A DNA stretch of 63,883 nt from Gracilinanus agilis (GCF_016433145.1 NC_058133.1:467209096-467272978); one strand, 5' to 3'; positions 1-12,400 are shown, numbered from the stretch's first letter. Translations and numbers: made by a program. Notes: a model not told the origin generated them from the sequence alone.

Positions 1-17
1 TTATTTTCTTTCTTTTT

Positions 18-203
18 AACCCCTTACCTTATGTCTTGGAGTCAATACTGTGTATTGACTTCAAGAAAAAAGAGTGGTAAGGGCTAGGCAATGGGGGTTA
101 AGTGATTTGCCCAGGATCACACAGCTAGGAAGTGTCTGAGGTCAGATTTGAACCTAGGACCTCCAGTCTCTAGGCCTGGCTCTCAATATACCCAGCTGCC
201 CCC
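18..203 (-). mobile_element. Opossum tRNA/CORE SINE (SINE1_Mdo/SINE2_MD-like)
   Basis: Reverse complement of GGGGCAGCTGGG...GGTTCAAATC...GTGTGATCCTGGGCAAATCACTTAACCCCCATTGCC...AAGGTAAGGG. Confidence 0.9.
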
Positions 204-701
204 TCTCATTCTTTCTTGAACATAGATAATACAGAACTTTTTACTATACTATACAAATTTGTTACAGGGAAAAAAAGGAAATGAAATAAATGAATTTTAG
301 TTCAATCTAACAAACTCCTGGAATCACTGTCACAGAGTGTCCTGGTGTTTCTTCTTACTATTGGCATGTCCTTCTATTTCCACTGTTCTAACAAAAGCAG
401 GAGTCTTTTTTTATTATTATTAAATAAAAAAGAACGCGCCAATCAAACTCTCTCTGGACTTTTGCCCAGTGTTCTGGTTGGCTACTCTCCTGGATGGCGT
501 GTATGTTTTCAGGGTGGAGGTACCAGGGTGATGACAAGTTAGCACTGACCCTGAAACTACCCTCTTCCCCTGTACATTCTTTGCATATTCTCCTTCAAAG
601 CTTCAAGAGTCTAATGCACCAAGTTTTTCCAGGCAATCATTAACTTTGCCAGTATCAGTAAAGGGTATCCATTAAGGCTGAATGTGCACAGAAAATGCAT
701 A

Positions 702-900
702 TTTTTTAAACCTTTACCTTTCACCTTAGAATCAATACTATATATTGGTTCTAAGACAGAAGAGTGGTGAGGAATAGACAATGGGGGTTAAGTGACACCC
801 AGGGACACACAGCTAGGAAGTCTCTGAGGCCACATTTGAATTTAGGACCTCCCATCTCTAGGTCTGACTCTCAAGCCACTGAGCCATGCAGTTGTACCCC
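702..900 (-). mobile_element. Opossum SINE
   Basis: Same family, full length. Confidence 0.88.
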
Positions 901-1814
901 AAAATATGTATTGAATGAATGATTGTTCAAAAGTAGACTATGCTTAAGGGAAAAGCAAAAAATCTACAACTAGGCCAAAAAGGTAATATGCCATAGTGGA
1001 TAGTGGACTAGTCTTAGAATCTGGAAGACTTGGGTTCAGGTTCTACCTCTGATAAGCACTGTATTTTGATTCCTCATAGCTGTGTGATCTTGTACAAGTC
1101 ACTGATCCTCTGTCTAGGCAATTCTCTAAAACTATAAATTAATGAGGAGTTGCTACTATAAATCAATAAAGGGAGGTCCAGCAAGGGTTCCTCAAGCAGG
1201 TAAAATCACAAGGAAAGATCAAGAAGCAACCCCTGCCCCACTCTCCAAGGAAGCAAAATGGCGACAACCAACACCTTCAAAATAGTGGGCAGTGGTGCTT
1301 TGCTATAAAATACCTTATCAGAACATTCACTCATTCATTCAAGAAATACCTAATTTATTAAGTAGCTACTCCATGCAATGTGCATGATAGACAATGAGTT
1401 GGATAAATAAGGACAAATGGAGCATGGGTCCTCCTCACAAGGAGTTTCCAATAGAGTAGGGATGATAAACACATATGATAGTATAAAGTATAATATAATA
1501 TATAATATAAATATGATATGATATGATATGTAAAATAAATAATATAAATATTCAGTATAAAGCAGGACCATCCTGGATGCCATCCAAGGGCTTAATTACT
1601 GAATGGATCATGGAGCCCTGTTTCCAGCAATGTTTCAGTGAAAGCACCATCCTATGCCATGGACTTCTAGGACCTGTACGACAATATAATAGTGAAGCTC
1701 CAGATAATTACAGATCGAACTACATTACCTCAATGCATACACAGAGCACCCCAGAAACTTTAGAAAATGGATAAAAAGATGAAATATTTTGGGAAATATA
1801 CTGAGTTCAATCAG

Positions 1815-2060
1815 GGTGGCTGAAGGGTATAGTGGATAGAGTGCTGGACCTGGAGTCAGGAAGAATCATCTTCCTGAGTTCAAATTCAGTCTCAGACACT
1901 AACTAGCTGTGTGACCCTGGAGAAGTCACTTAGCCCTCTTTACCTTAATTTCCTCATCTATGAAATGAGCTGGAGAAGGAAATGGCAAACCACTCCAGTA
2001 TCTTTGCCAAGAAAACCTCAGATGGGTTCACAAAGATTGGACAAAACTGAAAAACAACGA
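1815..2060 (+). mobile_element. MAR1-type CORE SINE with RTE-derived tail
   Basis: CORE followed by GGAGAAGGAAATGGCAAACCACTCCAGTATCTTTGCCAAGAAAACC. Confidence 0.85.
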
Positions 2061-2523
2061 CGAGTTCAACTACTTTAAGTGAGTTTAGTGCCCAATGTAG
2101 CATTGTTTGGAGCCTGAGTTATTGAGTATTCTAAATATGGCTGTTGCTTAGTCATTCATGGACTCATACAGTTCATAGCTGGATGGAATCCAAAAGATAT
2201 TCCAGTCCAATTCCTTCACTTTACACTGAATGCCTGGAGAGGTTTACAGTATGGACTTTAGCAAGGTACATTAACCTCTCTGGACCTTACTTTCTTCATT
2301 TGTTTAATGGGGGAACTAGGTTGGATGATTTCTAAGGCCTCTTGATCCATGCAGTGAGTAACAGAACCAGCATTCAAAGCCCAATTTTCTGACATCAATT
2401 CCAATATTCTTGCTACAGAATGGGTTGCAAAATGTGAGTGATTGGTAGCTAAGGTTAAGGGGACCTTCTCTTTGGTGGGTATGCCCATATCTAAGAGGTC
2501 GAAGGAATTTTCCATTTCCTTAC

Positions 2524-2569
2524 CCAGGTTTCAAACATATCTTCTGGGCGCAGCCTGCGTAGTGTGGGT
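2524..2569 (-). CDS. CASQ2: Calsequestrin-2 exon 7 (46 nt, phase 2 to 0)
   Basis: (R)PTLRRLRPEDMFETW, which is CASQ2-type rather than the CASQ1-type STLRKLKPESMYETW. Acceptor TTCCCTTGCAG, donor TGG|GTAAGG. Confidence 0.96.
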
Positions 2570-2829
2570 CTGCAAGGGAAAGAAAATAAAATTACTCAGA
2601 GCTCTCATTTCTGACATGGTAGAAGTATATGGCACAATAGGTTTCAAGTCAGGTTCTGCTCCAAGGGCCAAAAGGTTAGGGAAAACCACCTTCCCATTGA
2701 CTTGTTCTAACATGTTACAAGGGAAGAAAGCTGAGATACTCATTCAAGGAACCCTGGCTTTATATACTCAGACCTTCTAGGTTTAACTTTGTGTGTGTGT
2801 GAAGCCATTCATAGACTTTATTAAAAAAA

Positions 2830-3031
2830 TTTTTTTTAAACACTTACATTCTATCTTAGAATCAACATTGTATATTGGTTCCAAGGCAGAAAAGCAGTAA
2901 GGGCTAGGCAATGGGAGTTAAGTGATTTGCCCAGAGTTACACAATTAGAAAGTGTCTGCGTTCAGATTTGAACCCAAGACCTCCCATCTCTGGGCCTGAC
3001 TTTCAATCCACTAAGCCAACTGGCTGCCCCC
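2830..3031 (-). mobile_element. Opossum SINE
   Basis: Same family as 18-203. Confidence 0.88.
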
Positions 3032-3389
3032 AGACTTTTTTTTTTATCTTTCTTTTACTTAAATAAATTTCCTCTAATGAAAATTGTATTTAGAAATTGA
3101 ATTTCACTGATTCAGCAAACATGTATTACATGTCTCCTATAAAGAAAAGGAATAATATAGTCTTTACCCTAAACTAGTTTCCATTCTAATGAGAAAGAAG
3201 AAATGTTAAAATAAAATTCTGTGTATACAATGCTGAATATAAGCTATCCTTTACCAAATAAACTCCTTTCTTTGACATAGTAGTAAAATTAAATAATGTT
3301 TCTGTTTAAAGTCCATGTAAAGTCTATGTAAATCAGGTGCACATTGGAATCAATAGAAAGAAATTAAATAGGAAATATTGCCTTCTTTT

Positions 3390-3735
3390 TATCTTTTTGT
3401 GTTACCCCATTTTCTTTTTTGGAGATATTTGGGTGAGAGTGGATAGGGTTTAGGCATACCTTATACTCTCTTTACCCAGCAACCAGCTTTAGATATCAGA
3501 CTGATACAACTGTGTTCCATCAATCTCTGTTTCCTGATTTATAATCACCAAGAAGATCAGCAAAGATAACTATCAATATAAATTATGCCTTTCATGTTTC
3601 CATTTTTCAGTTTATTTTCTGAAAATAACAGCACAGTTTATTTTTCAAGTATTAAATCTGTAGTTGTGCATGATGTTCTCTTGGTCCTACTCATTTCCCT
3701 GTTCATTATCCCATGAAGTTCTTTCCAAGATTTTT
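3390..3735 (-). mobile_element. L1 3' fragment
   Basis: GTTGTGCATGATGTTCTCTTGGTCCTACTCATTTCCCTG resembles the marsupial L1 ORF2 end/3'UTR in reverse. Confidence 0.6.
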
Positions 3736-3755
3736 TTTTTAATTAACCTGGCTAG

Positions 3756-3850
3756 TAACCCTGGGCAAGTCACTTAACCCCCATTGCCTGGCTCTTACTG
3801 CTTTCCTGCCTTGAAACCAATACATAGTATTGTTTTAAAAGGGTTTTAAA
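3756..3850 (+). mobile_element. Opossum SINE, 5'-truncated
   Basis: ACCCTGGGCAAGTCACTTAACCCCCATTGCC...AAACCAATAC. Confidence 0.8.
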
Positions 3851-4009
3851 AAATAAATAAAATTAGCCTTGCTTGCCATTTCTTATGGTGCCTCCAAATT
3901 TATTTTAAGACTTCTTCCTGCTCCCACTTCCAAGCTACACAATCTTAAGTGGATCCTCAATACTAGTGACAATACTTATTTTCATCTCTGATTGGCTCCC
4001 TATATTACT

Positions 4010-4190
4010 AATAGTAGCTTGCATTTATCTAGCCCTCAAAGGTTTGCAAAATAATTTACAAATATTATCTCATTATCCTAGGAATAATCCTAGGAGGTAG
4101 GTGCTGTTATTATTCCCATTTTTACAGAAGAAGAAATGGAGGAAGGCAGAGGTTAAGTGACATGTCCAGGATCACACAGCTAGTATCTGA
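4010..4190 (-). mobile_element. MIR
   Basis: CCCATTTTTACAGAAGAAGAAATGGAGG...TTAAGTGAC core in reverse. Confidence 0.7.
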
Positions 4191-4504
4191 GAGGATTTTC
4201 TAAAGCAATTGTTCCAGATCTTCTCTTTATTTTTTACTGTGCCCAGCTCCATGTATCCTTTGTCCCCTATCAGAGGGCTTTTCCATCTTTTTTACTGAGA
4301 GAACTGAGGATCTTCCATGTCACCCTCTGTACTTCAAAACTTCTTCATTTCTGCTCTTATATCATCCTCCTTTGCTTCAGTCTCAGAAGTGATCCTTCTT
4401 AACAGGCTATCTTCTCAACTTAGGTATTTGGTTACATCCTCTCTGCCCAAGATGTGGAAGCATCATCCTATCAGGTCATTGGTCCTCTCCAAAAACAAAG
4501 GATA

Positions 4505-4700
4505 GGGGGCAATTAGGTGGCTCAATGAATAGAGAGTCTGGCATGAAGATGGGAGGTCCAGGGCTCCAATCTAGCCTCAGACCCTTCCTAGCTGTATGAC
4601 CCTGGCCAAGTCACAACCCCCATTGCTTAACCCTTACTGCTCTTCTGCCTTGAAACCAATACATAATATTGATTCTCCTATGGAAAGTAAGGGGTTTTTA
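4505..4700 (+). mobile_element. Opossum SINE
   Basis: GGGGGCAATTAGGTGGCTCAATG head, CORE and A-rich tail. Confidence 0.88.
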
Positions 4701-4899
4701 TAAAATAAAAATTTAAAAAAAATTTAAAGTGCAAACAAACAACAGTGTTCTAGGCTTCTGTAGGACTTTGCTGCATTGATTGTTTTCTCTATCTTTTCTT
4801 TAATCTTCCCCCTATCTGTTTCTTTCCCAGCAGTTAACAAAATGATAAGATCTCAACTATCTTAAGAAACTATTTCCTTGTCCCTATTTTCCCCAGAAG

Positions 4900-6760
4900 G
4901 TATCACCTTATCTTTGGCCTTTCCTTTTCTGCTAAATTTCTAAATGCTGTGGTTTAGTCTTCATTTTAGCACCTTGTCACCTCTCAGCTCCCTACAATCT
5001 GTCCTCCACCCTTACTGCTTTTGAAAATGCTCTCTTCAAAGTCAGCAGGGACTGATTTTCTAATTGCCCAATCCAGGGTTTGCTTCTTAGTTCTCATCCC
5101 CGTCCCTGACTTGTATTTGATACTGTTAATCATTCTCTTTCTTCTTGATATTGTTTCCTCCATTGACTTCTGGGAACAGCTCTCTCCCATTCCTCCCCCC
5201 ACCCCCTTTCTAACTGAGCCTCTTCAGTTTTCTTTTCTGACTCACTGCCTTATACCAAGTATAGATGACCCCAAGGATCCATCCTTAGCTCTCTTCTCTC
5301 TATATACTTCTAAAAACATTTTTTGTGATTTTTATCCACTTCTGTGACTTCATTTATAAGCGGATGACATCAGATCCAAATTTATATTTTCAACTCCATT
5401 CTCTCCTTGAAACATTGGTCCTACACTTTTGACTTCTGGCTAAACATTCTCTCTGCTATTTCCTAACAACTTTTCAATATTTAACAAATCCAAAATTGGA
5501 AGCGTTCCTTTTCTTGTGATTCAATGCTCCTTCTAACTTCCCTGTTTCATGCACTACTATTATCTCAGTCAGTCAGGTTCAAATACTGAATCTTCTCTTA
5601 AAAACAAACAAAAAACTGAGGTCCTCTGATTCCAGAGGTAGCACTCTTTTTAATTTTTAATTTAATGTAAATGTAAAAATTTTACAACCCTTATCTTCTG
5701 TCTTGGTATTAATTCTAAGACAGAAAAGTGATGAGGGTTAGGCAATGGGGTAAGTGACTTGCCCAGGGTCACACAGCTAAGAAGTATCTGAGAAGATCTC
5801 CTGTCTCTGAATCTGGTTCTCTTTCCACTGTGCTACCTAAGCTTCCCCTTGAATCATCTTTAATCCTTTACTTTCTTTCACTCTCCAAAATCAATAAATC
5901 AGTTGTCAGGTCTTGTCAATTCTGGTTTTTCTCATTTCTATCAGCCCCTTTCTCTAGAATCACAATTCTACCCCTCCCTTCCACCCAGTTCTGGGCCTCA
6001 TTGACTCTTACAAGGTCTAACATAATAACTAAGTGCTCTCCTTGCCTCCAATCTTTCTCCTCTCTAATCCATCCTTAATGTTGCCAAAATATCCTTCCTA
6101 ATTCACAGGTCTGAACAAGTCATTCCCAACATCAAAATACCTTCGGTAGTTTTCCATCATCTTTAGCATACAATACTAAATTGTTAGGCTGCCAGCTAAG
6201 GCCCTCCACAGTCCCACATGGGTTTAGCTTTCCAGGCTTATTTCATTCTACAACTCTATGTTTCAGTCCAAGTGAAGCATGGGTTATTTATTCCCTGATC
6301 TTGCCCTGGCTTCTCCTTCCTCTGATTATTTGCACACATGCTGTCCCTTGTCTGGATCACAGTCTCTTCATCTCAGACTCTTTAAGTAATTCTCTTCCTT
6401 TGGCTTCCATCTTCTCCTGGCTCATCCCCTTTTTACAGATTCTTCAAGTTTTCTTAGAGAACTTTTTTTAGGGATCTCTTATTTGTCTCTATGACATTAA
6501 AAGAAATAGATATCCTTTGTTCTTGCATTGCCTTTATTTTTGAATATAATCTTCCTCTGCTTCCCTAGAAAAACATGTCTTGAATTAAAGAATACAGAAG
6601 AAAGAGAAAAGACAAAAACCCGTTCAGTCAAACCAGTCAGAATGGAGTCTGACAGTACATGTTCCACACCCCTAGTTTCCCATCTTTATCACTGCCTACC
6701 ATGTGTATATCTCCTATTCATTCACGGACTACAGATTTCCTGAGAGTAAGCTTTGTGTTA
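4900..6760 (+). mobile_element. LINE2 (decayed RT region plus 3'UTR), interrupted by a SINE
   Basis: ORF 5021..5347 (DFLIAQSRVCFLVLI...LLDIVSSIDF) resembles L2 RT DLLIAKSNGLFSVLILLDL...LLETLSSLGF. An L2-like 3'UTR follows. Confidence 0.7.
5685..5850 (-). mobile_element. Opossum SINE, short-hairpin variant
   Basis: CTTCTGTCTTGGTATTAATTCTAAGACAGAA tail plus CORE. Confidence 0.85.
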
Positions 6761-6819
6761 TAGGATCAATCTTAAAACAGGAAGAAAACTTAGAGATCAT
6801 CTAAAATTGTAGTATATAA

Positions 6820-7197
6820 GCAGGTAGGGGGCACAGAGGATAGAGAGCTGGGCCTGGAGTCAGGAAGACCTGAGTTCAAATCCAGACTCGGACACTTACT
6901 AGCTATGTGACCCTGGGCAAGACCCTTAAGCCTGTCTGTCTCAGTTTCCTCATCTGTCAAATGAGCTGGAGAAGGAAATGGCAAACCACTCCAGTATCTC
7001 TGCCAAGAAAAACCCAAAGGGCTCACGAAGAATTGTATACAATTGAAAAATGACTGAATGTGTGTATTCATATATGTGTATGTGCTTCCTTATCTGTCAA
7101 ATGAGCAGGAGAAAGAAATGGTCTCACTATCTTTGCCAAGAAAACCCCAAGTGGAGGCACAAAGAGTCAGACAACTGAAAAATGACTGAACAACAGT
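6820..7197 (+). mobile_element. MAR1-type SINE with tandemly duplicated RTE-like tail
   Basis: TCTGTCAAATGAG..GAGAA.GAAATGG...TGCCAAGAAAA occurs near 6955 and again near 7092. Confidence 0.85.
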
Positions 7198-7999
7198 GAA
7201 AACCATAGTAGAATTCCCTAATTTTACAGATAAGAAAATAAGTCCCACAGAGGCTACATGATTTTTCCTATGGCCATAAAGGTATTAGCAGAGATGGGGA
7301 TGACCCTGAGTTGAATACATTCTCATTTCTACCTTTGTATCCCCAGATCTGTATAGTGTCTTGCGTATGATAGGCATTTAAATGTTTGCTGAATTGATGG
7401 GAATTTAACTGAATCTCTAGCAAGAAAGCCTTCTTCATCCCCAAAGCAGGCATACCTTCAACACAAATTATGGGAACAAAATGAGAGGGTCAGGAAAAGA
7501 GAGATTCAGTCTTGTTCCAGGGATGCTTTAAGTTGGAGGCTCACTGACTCAGTAGATAGAATGTGCTTAGACCTAGAGTAAGGAAGAACCTGACTTCAAG
7601 TCCCATAATTGTTGCTTGACTCAGTTCCCCCATCCATTAAATAGGGATAATATGTATATATTATTTTATAAACATAATATAAGATTAATAATAATATATA
7701 ATATCTCTCTGTCCAGGTTGTTTTGAGGATGAAAAGAGATATTTGTAAGGAGTTCTGCAAATCTTAAAGGATTTGTAAAATAATTATTGTTATATGTGGG
7801 AAGTTATACAATTATTATTAAATTGCCCACCAATAGTTTAAATTGAGTAAAGGAGAAATATTGATCAAAGACCCCTTGGAAGTGTTTTAGAAATGCAACA
7901 TATCCTGCTTATATTTTCATTTTCTAATGTTGCTGAGTGATGTTATATTGACAACAATTAAAATCAGTGTCCTCAATCTGAAGAGTAATGGGCATCTAT

Positions 8000-9960
8000 G
8001 TGAATTTCTCCAACCACCAAATCAAATCAAAGAATCTTAGAAATGGACTGGAGCTCATTCAATCTAATTTCTTAAACACAACATGAAATTCCTCTATCAT
8101 ATTCTCAATCTCTGAGTCATCTTTTCAGTGTCAGGGAAGTTCATACCATTTGGTGATAGCCATAATTGTTAGGAAGTCGGGGCTCAAACTGAGCTAACAT
8201 CTTCTTTCATATAATTTCCATCCTTTGATCCCTTGTGCCCTTTGGAGCCATGCAGAATAAGTTGACTCCTTCTTCCACATGCCTGATCTCAGATACTGAC
8301 ATCTTTCTTAAGGCTCTTTTTCTTCAAGCTCTAAGGAATCCATTTCTCAACATACTTTGCCTAGTGTATGACTTTGAATTCCATCATTGTCCTGGACAGG
8401 CTCTAGTTTCTCAATATCCTTCTTCAAATGTGGCCTCCAAAGTTGAATACGATACTCTACTTGTGCCCTGAACTTTGCGTGACAAGTACAGTGGGAATGC
8501 CACTTCCTTTGATTTCCGGATCAGTAGGCTTCATTTAATGAAGCTTAAGGTTACAGTAGCTTTTTAGGCAGTCTGTTGACACTGTTGGCTTTTATTGAGT
8601 GTGCAATCAATTCCTATACTTTCTTTTTTCTCACACGAATAGCTGTTAAACCAGATCTTTTCCATCTTGAACTTATTTACAATGGATTTAAAAAATTTAA
8701 TATAAGCGCAGGGCTTTATATTTATTCCTATTTGTGCTTTAATACTTTCCTGGCTACGTGATCTCATTACTATGATTACTCTTTCCAAATGGGTATATTG
8801 CAACCCATCCATGACTTCTGATCTGGGCGATTCTTAGCCATATTCTTTCATAAGGTACCTCATCAATATTCTGGAAGTCTTCCTGGAAAGCTTTGAATAT
8901 TTTGTGGGTACAACTATAGCATTTGGATTGTCCATCTATTGGTCCTCATGTTTAGGAATTACGAATAGATGATATAGTGGATAGAATGGTAGGCCTGGAG
9001 TAAGGAAGACAGACCTCAGTTCAAATCTAGCCTTACAATACTCACTAGCTATGTAATCTTGGGTAAGTCACTTAACCCTGTTTGCCTCAGTTTCCTTATC
9101 CATTAAATGAGCTGGAGTAAGAAATGACAAATCACCATACTATTTTTGACAAGAAAATCCAAATGGGGTCATAAAGAGACAGACACAACTGAAATGACTG
9201 AACAACACCAACAAAATGAGGGATAATTACAGGATCTACCTTATAGGATTGTTATAAGGATCAAATGAAATAATATTTGTAAAGCACTAAGTATAGTGCT
9301 GGTACATAGTAGGTGTGATAAAAAAGTTTATTCTTTTTTTCTGCCTTTGTTATGTGACTGACCTTTTACTCTTTTACTGATAATGTATTTCCTGGATAAT
9401 GCCTTTGACTACCCCCATAGAACTCCAGTCCACAGAAATCTACTTATCATTACTCTGAACCCTTTGAAAACAGCTTTCCTTAACACCTAAAGTAGGTGTC
9501 TGATTATAACTAAATTTCTTCTCCTACTTTATCACCAATTCTAGGGGGAAGTTATCCCTTCCTCCCAGTATTCCCATCATCTCTACTTCAATAAGTCCCT
9601 TCCTCTTAGTAAGAATCAGATACAGAGTAGAATTTTCCATTGATGGTCCTTCCACCTTTTGAAAAATGAATTTAACACTATGAGAAGTCAAGAAATTATT
9701 AGTTGCTCTGTTTTTGGCAAAGATATCCAACACGTATCTGGATAACTGAAGTCCCTAAACTCTACTATATCATGTCTATGCCTGGCTTACAATCTGTTTT
9801 CCAAACTCCTCACCTATTTCTTTTTCTATCCAAGTGGTCTTTCTGTTATACTCCAACAACCGAATATTTTTTGTTTCTCTCTTCCAGTGACCTTCACCCA
9901 GATGCTCTCCACCATGCTTTCCTCTCTCCCCCACTGCTGTGTTCCTGGATTTTCTCATAT
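8000..9960 (-). mobile_element. CR1/L3 LINE relic (endonuclease part 9340-9960, RT C-terminus/3' end 8000-8830)
   Basis: Minus frame gives RDFSYPD, and ORF 9524..9733 (FIFQKVEGPSMENSTLYLILTKRKGLIEVE..GILGGRDNFPLEL) matches CR1 APE. 8400-8600 matches the L3 3' ORF. Confidence 0.75.
8980..9210 (+). mobile_element. MAR1-type SINE inserted in CR1/L3
   Basis: CORE plus GAGCTGGAGTAAGAAATGACAAATCAC...GACAAGAAAATCC. Confidence 0.8.
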
Positions 9961-10424
9961 GACAGATTTTTATAATTGAGAAAATTAAAGCCCAAAAGAG
10001 TCAAGTAATTTGCCCAAGATCAAATAGACAATGGCAAGGCCAGTATTTGAATATAGGTTTTCTGATTTCAAATCCAGTTCTCTTTTCACTATACAGTCGT
10101 GGTCGATTTATGGCCTGGAAACATATTCATATTCCTCTTGATTGCATTCAGGTATTTGCCTGGTGGTCTGTATTTGTATAGCTGGAAGAACAATGATCCA
10201 CTTCTGTCCCTTCTCCCAAAGGTACTCTAAATAGCAACACTGGATTCCCTATCCTGAGAAAATCATTTCTGAAAAGGCTATACTCCCCACCCCCACCACA
10301 AGATCTCAGTAATAAGGACCAGTTCTTGGAGTCCTTAAAATTGTTGATTTATCATGGGACTTTCCTAACCAAGCTTTCTTCTACAGTTCTTCCAGGATGT
10401 TGATGGCCCCTCCCTCTCTCTCTC

Positions 10425-10645
10425 TTTGCAGAAGTAGGGGATTATGGGTTCGAAAGACTGAATATACTAGATTTTTTACATGTTTTTTTAGTTCTGCTGA
10501 ACTGTTCCTTACCTCCCACCCCTGCCTCCTCCCAACTTTTTAATCCTTTATAAGGGATTGCTTACTGGGAGGAGGGAGGAGAGAAATATATTTTGGGGTA
10601 TCTGGATACAAAAGCAAAGGATTAATAAAAATTTATTTAAAAAAG
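10425..10645 (+). mobile_element. L1 3'UTR fragment
   Basis: GCAGAAGTAGGGGATTATGGG...TTTTGCTGAACTG-like sequence ending at AATAAAAATTT. Confidence 0.55.
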
Positions 10646-10705
10646 AATTTCCCCTAGTTGAGAGTTATTGTTTAGGGATAAAGCAATCTGTCTCCAGGGG
10701 GTCCC

Positions 10706-11122
10706 TGTTAAAATGAAAGTATGTATTTTGGAAGAGTAATATATTAACCCAGGAACAATCACTAACATCAGCTTCTATTTGTTTATATGATTAGCTATCA
10801 CCTAGGAGAATGTGAGAAAACCACCCCATAACACCTCTAAATTTTTCCTACTGGGATCAAATGTACTTTAAGACACTCAGAAATTTTTTCAGTCTCTGGT
10901 AGTAAAATAATAGTTTAATAAGATTAATAAGTCCCAGGTTACTAAGTCCCAAAGGGAATGGGTGAGTGGATAAGTTTTCAAGAAGGGGAGGGCTTTAGTA
11001 ACTACTCATAGTGTGGAAGTACCACCTAAGTGGAAGATAAGGGTCCTGGGGGTGTGTGAGAATTCCTAAAAGAGGGAAGGAGATAGGAGTGGGAGATAGA
11101 CTCTTAATTAGCAATATTTACA
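10706..11122 (-). mobile_element. Possible solo LTR
   Basis: TG...CA ends (TGTTAAAATG / ATATTTACA) and ATTAAA on the minus strand. No matching TSD found. Confidence 0.35.
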
Positions 11123-11356
11123 ATTGGGGCAAGGAGCTTGAAATCTATCTGGGGCAACATAGTGCCTTTTAATCAGCTTTTAAAGAAAAATTCTATGGAT
11201 GGGGGAGAGTTCATGGGAGCTTTGTTAAAGGCTGTTGCAGAGGGAGGGAAAATCAGGGATCAGGTTGGGGCACAGCAGGAAGGAGTTCACCTTGGACAGA
11301 GAAAGAAAGCTGGTAGCTTCCTAGTATGTTTTTTTTTTTTTTTAATCTTTACCCGA

Positions 11357-11480
11357 GGGCAGCTTGGTGGCTCAATGAAGAGCCCAGTCTGAAAAGTGGA
11401 GGTCCTGGGTTCAAAACTAACTTCAGACATTAGGCAAATCATTTAACCCCCATTGCCTTGAAACCAATTGATGGTTTTGA
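11357..11480 (+). mobile_element. Opossum SINE, internally deleted
   Basis: GGGCAGCTTGGTGGCTCAATG...GGTTCAAAACT...CCCCCATTGCCTTGAAACCAAT. Confidence 0.75.
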
Positions 11481-11489
11481 TTACTAGAT

Positions 11490-11637
11490 GGTGTTGTGTA
11501 TTGGTTTCAAGCCAGAAGAGCAATTATAAGATGGTAGACTCAGTCACACAGCTAGGAAGTGTCTGGAGCCATATTTGAACCCAGGACTTCCCATCTCCTG
11601 ACCTGGCTATCTATTTACTGAGCAACCTAGCTGCCCC
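11490..11637 (-). mobile_element. Opossum SINE, tail-to-tail with the previous copy
   Basis: TGTATTGGTTTCAAGCCAGAAGAG...CCTAGCTGCCCC. Confidence 0.8.
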
Positions 11638-11689
11638 ATAGCTTTCTGTTTTACTTAATTATTTTTTTTCTAACATTTTCTTTACCCTT

Positions 11690-12050
11690 TTATTAAAAAT
11701 AATTATTTGTTTACTTAGAATATTTTTCCAATATTTCCAATTTTCCAATTTTTCCAAGAATATATGATTCATGATTTCCCCACCCCTTTTCCCTCCCCCT
11801 CCCTAAGCTGACAAGCATTTCCATTGGGTTATACATGTATCATTATTCAAAATTTATTTCCATATTATTCTTATTTGCAATAGAGTGATCTTTTAACACC
11901 CAAACCCCAATCATATTCTCCTCAAACCATGAGATCTGTCATATGTTTTTCTTCTGGGTTTCTACTCCCACAGTTCTTTCTCTGGATGTGGATAGCTTTC
12001 TTTCTCATAGGTTCCTCAGTATTGTCTTGGATCACTGCATTGCTACTTTT
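11690..12050 (-). mobile_element. L1 3'UTR (L1_Mdo/Opos-like)
   Basis: GGGTTATACATGT...CCCCAATCATAT...TTTCTACTCCCACAGTT...TGTGGATAG matches the opossum L1 3' end in reverse. Confidence 0.8.
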
Positions 12051-12189
12051 ACTTAATAATTCTTACTAAAATGAGTTGGGATTTTTTTTTGCTCCTAAAG
12101 TGGAAGTACTGTCTACACTACCCTCCTGTATCATCTCTCCAGAGTTATGGCTTTAGTGTGAGGACATTAAAGATGATGATGGTATTTCT

Positions 12190-12400
12190 GTAGAGCTTCA
12201 AGATTTGCAAAGCATCTTACAAATAACTCATTTGATCCTCCCAACAACCCTAAGAGGTAGGTTCTATCCTAATTTTGCAAATGAGGAAACTGATACAGAC
12301 AGTGATTTTTAGTGATTTACTTAACTAGCAAGTGTCTGAGGCAATATTTGAACTTAGACCTTCCTGTAAGATCAATTCTCTATCCATCGTACCGTCTAAG
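12190..12400 (-). mobile_element. MIR
   Basis: TCATTTGATCCTCCCAACAACCCTAAGAGGTAGG...ATGAGGAAACTGA. Confidence 0.75.
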
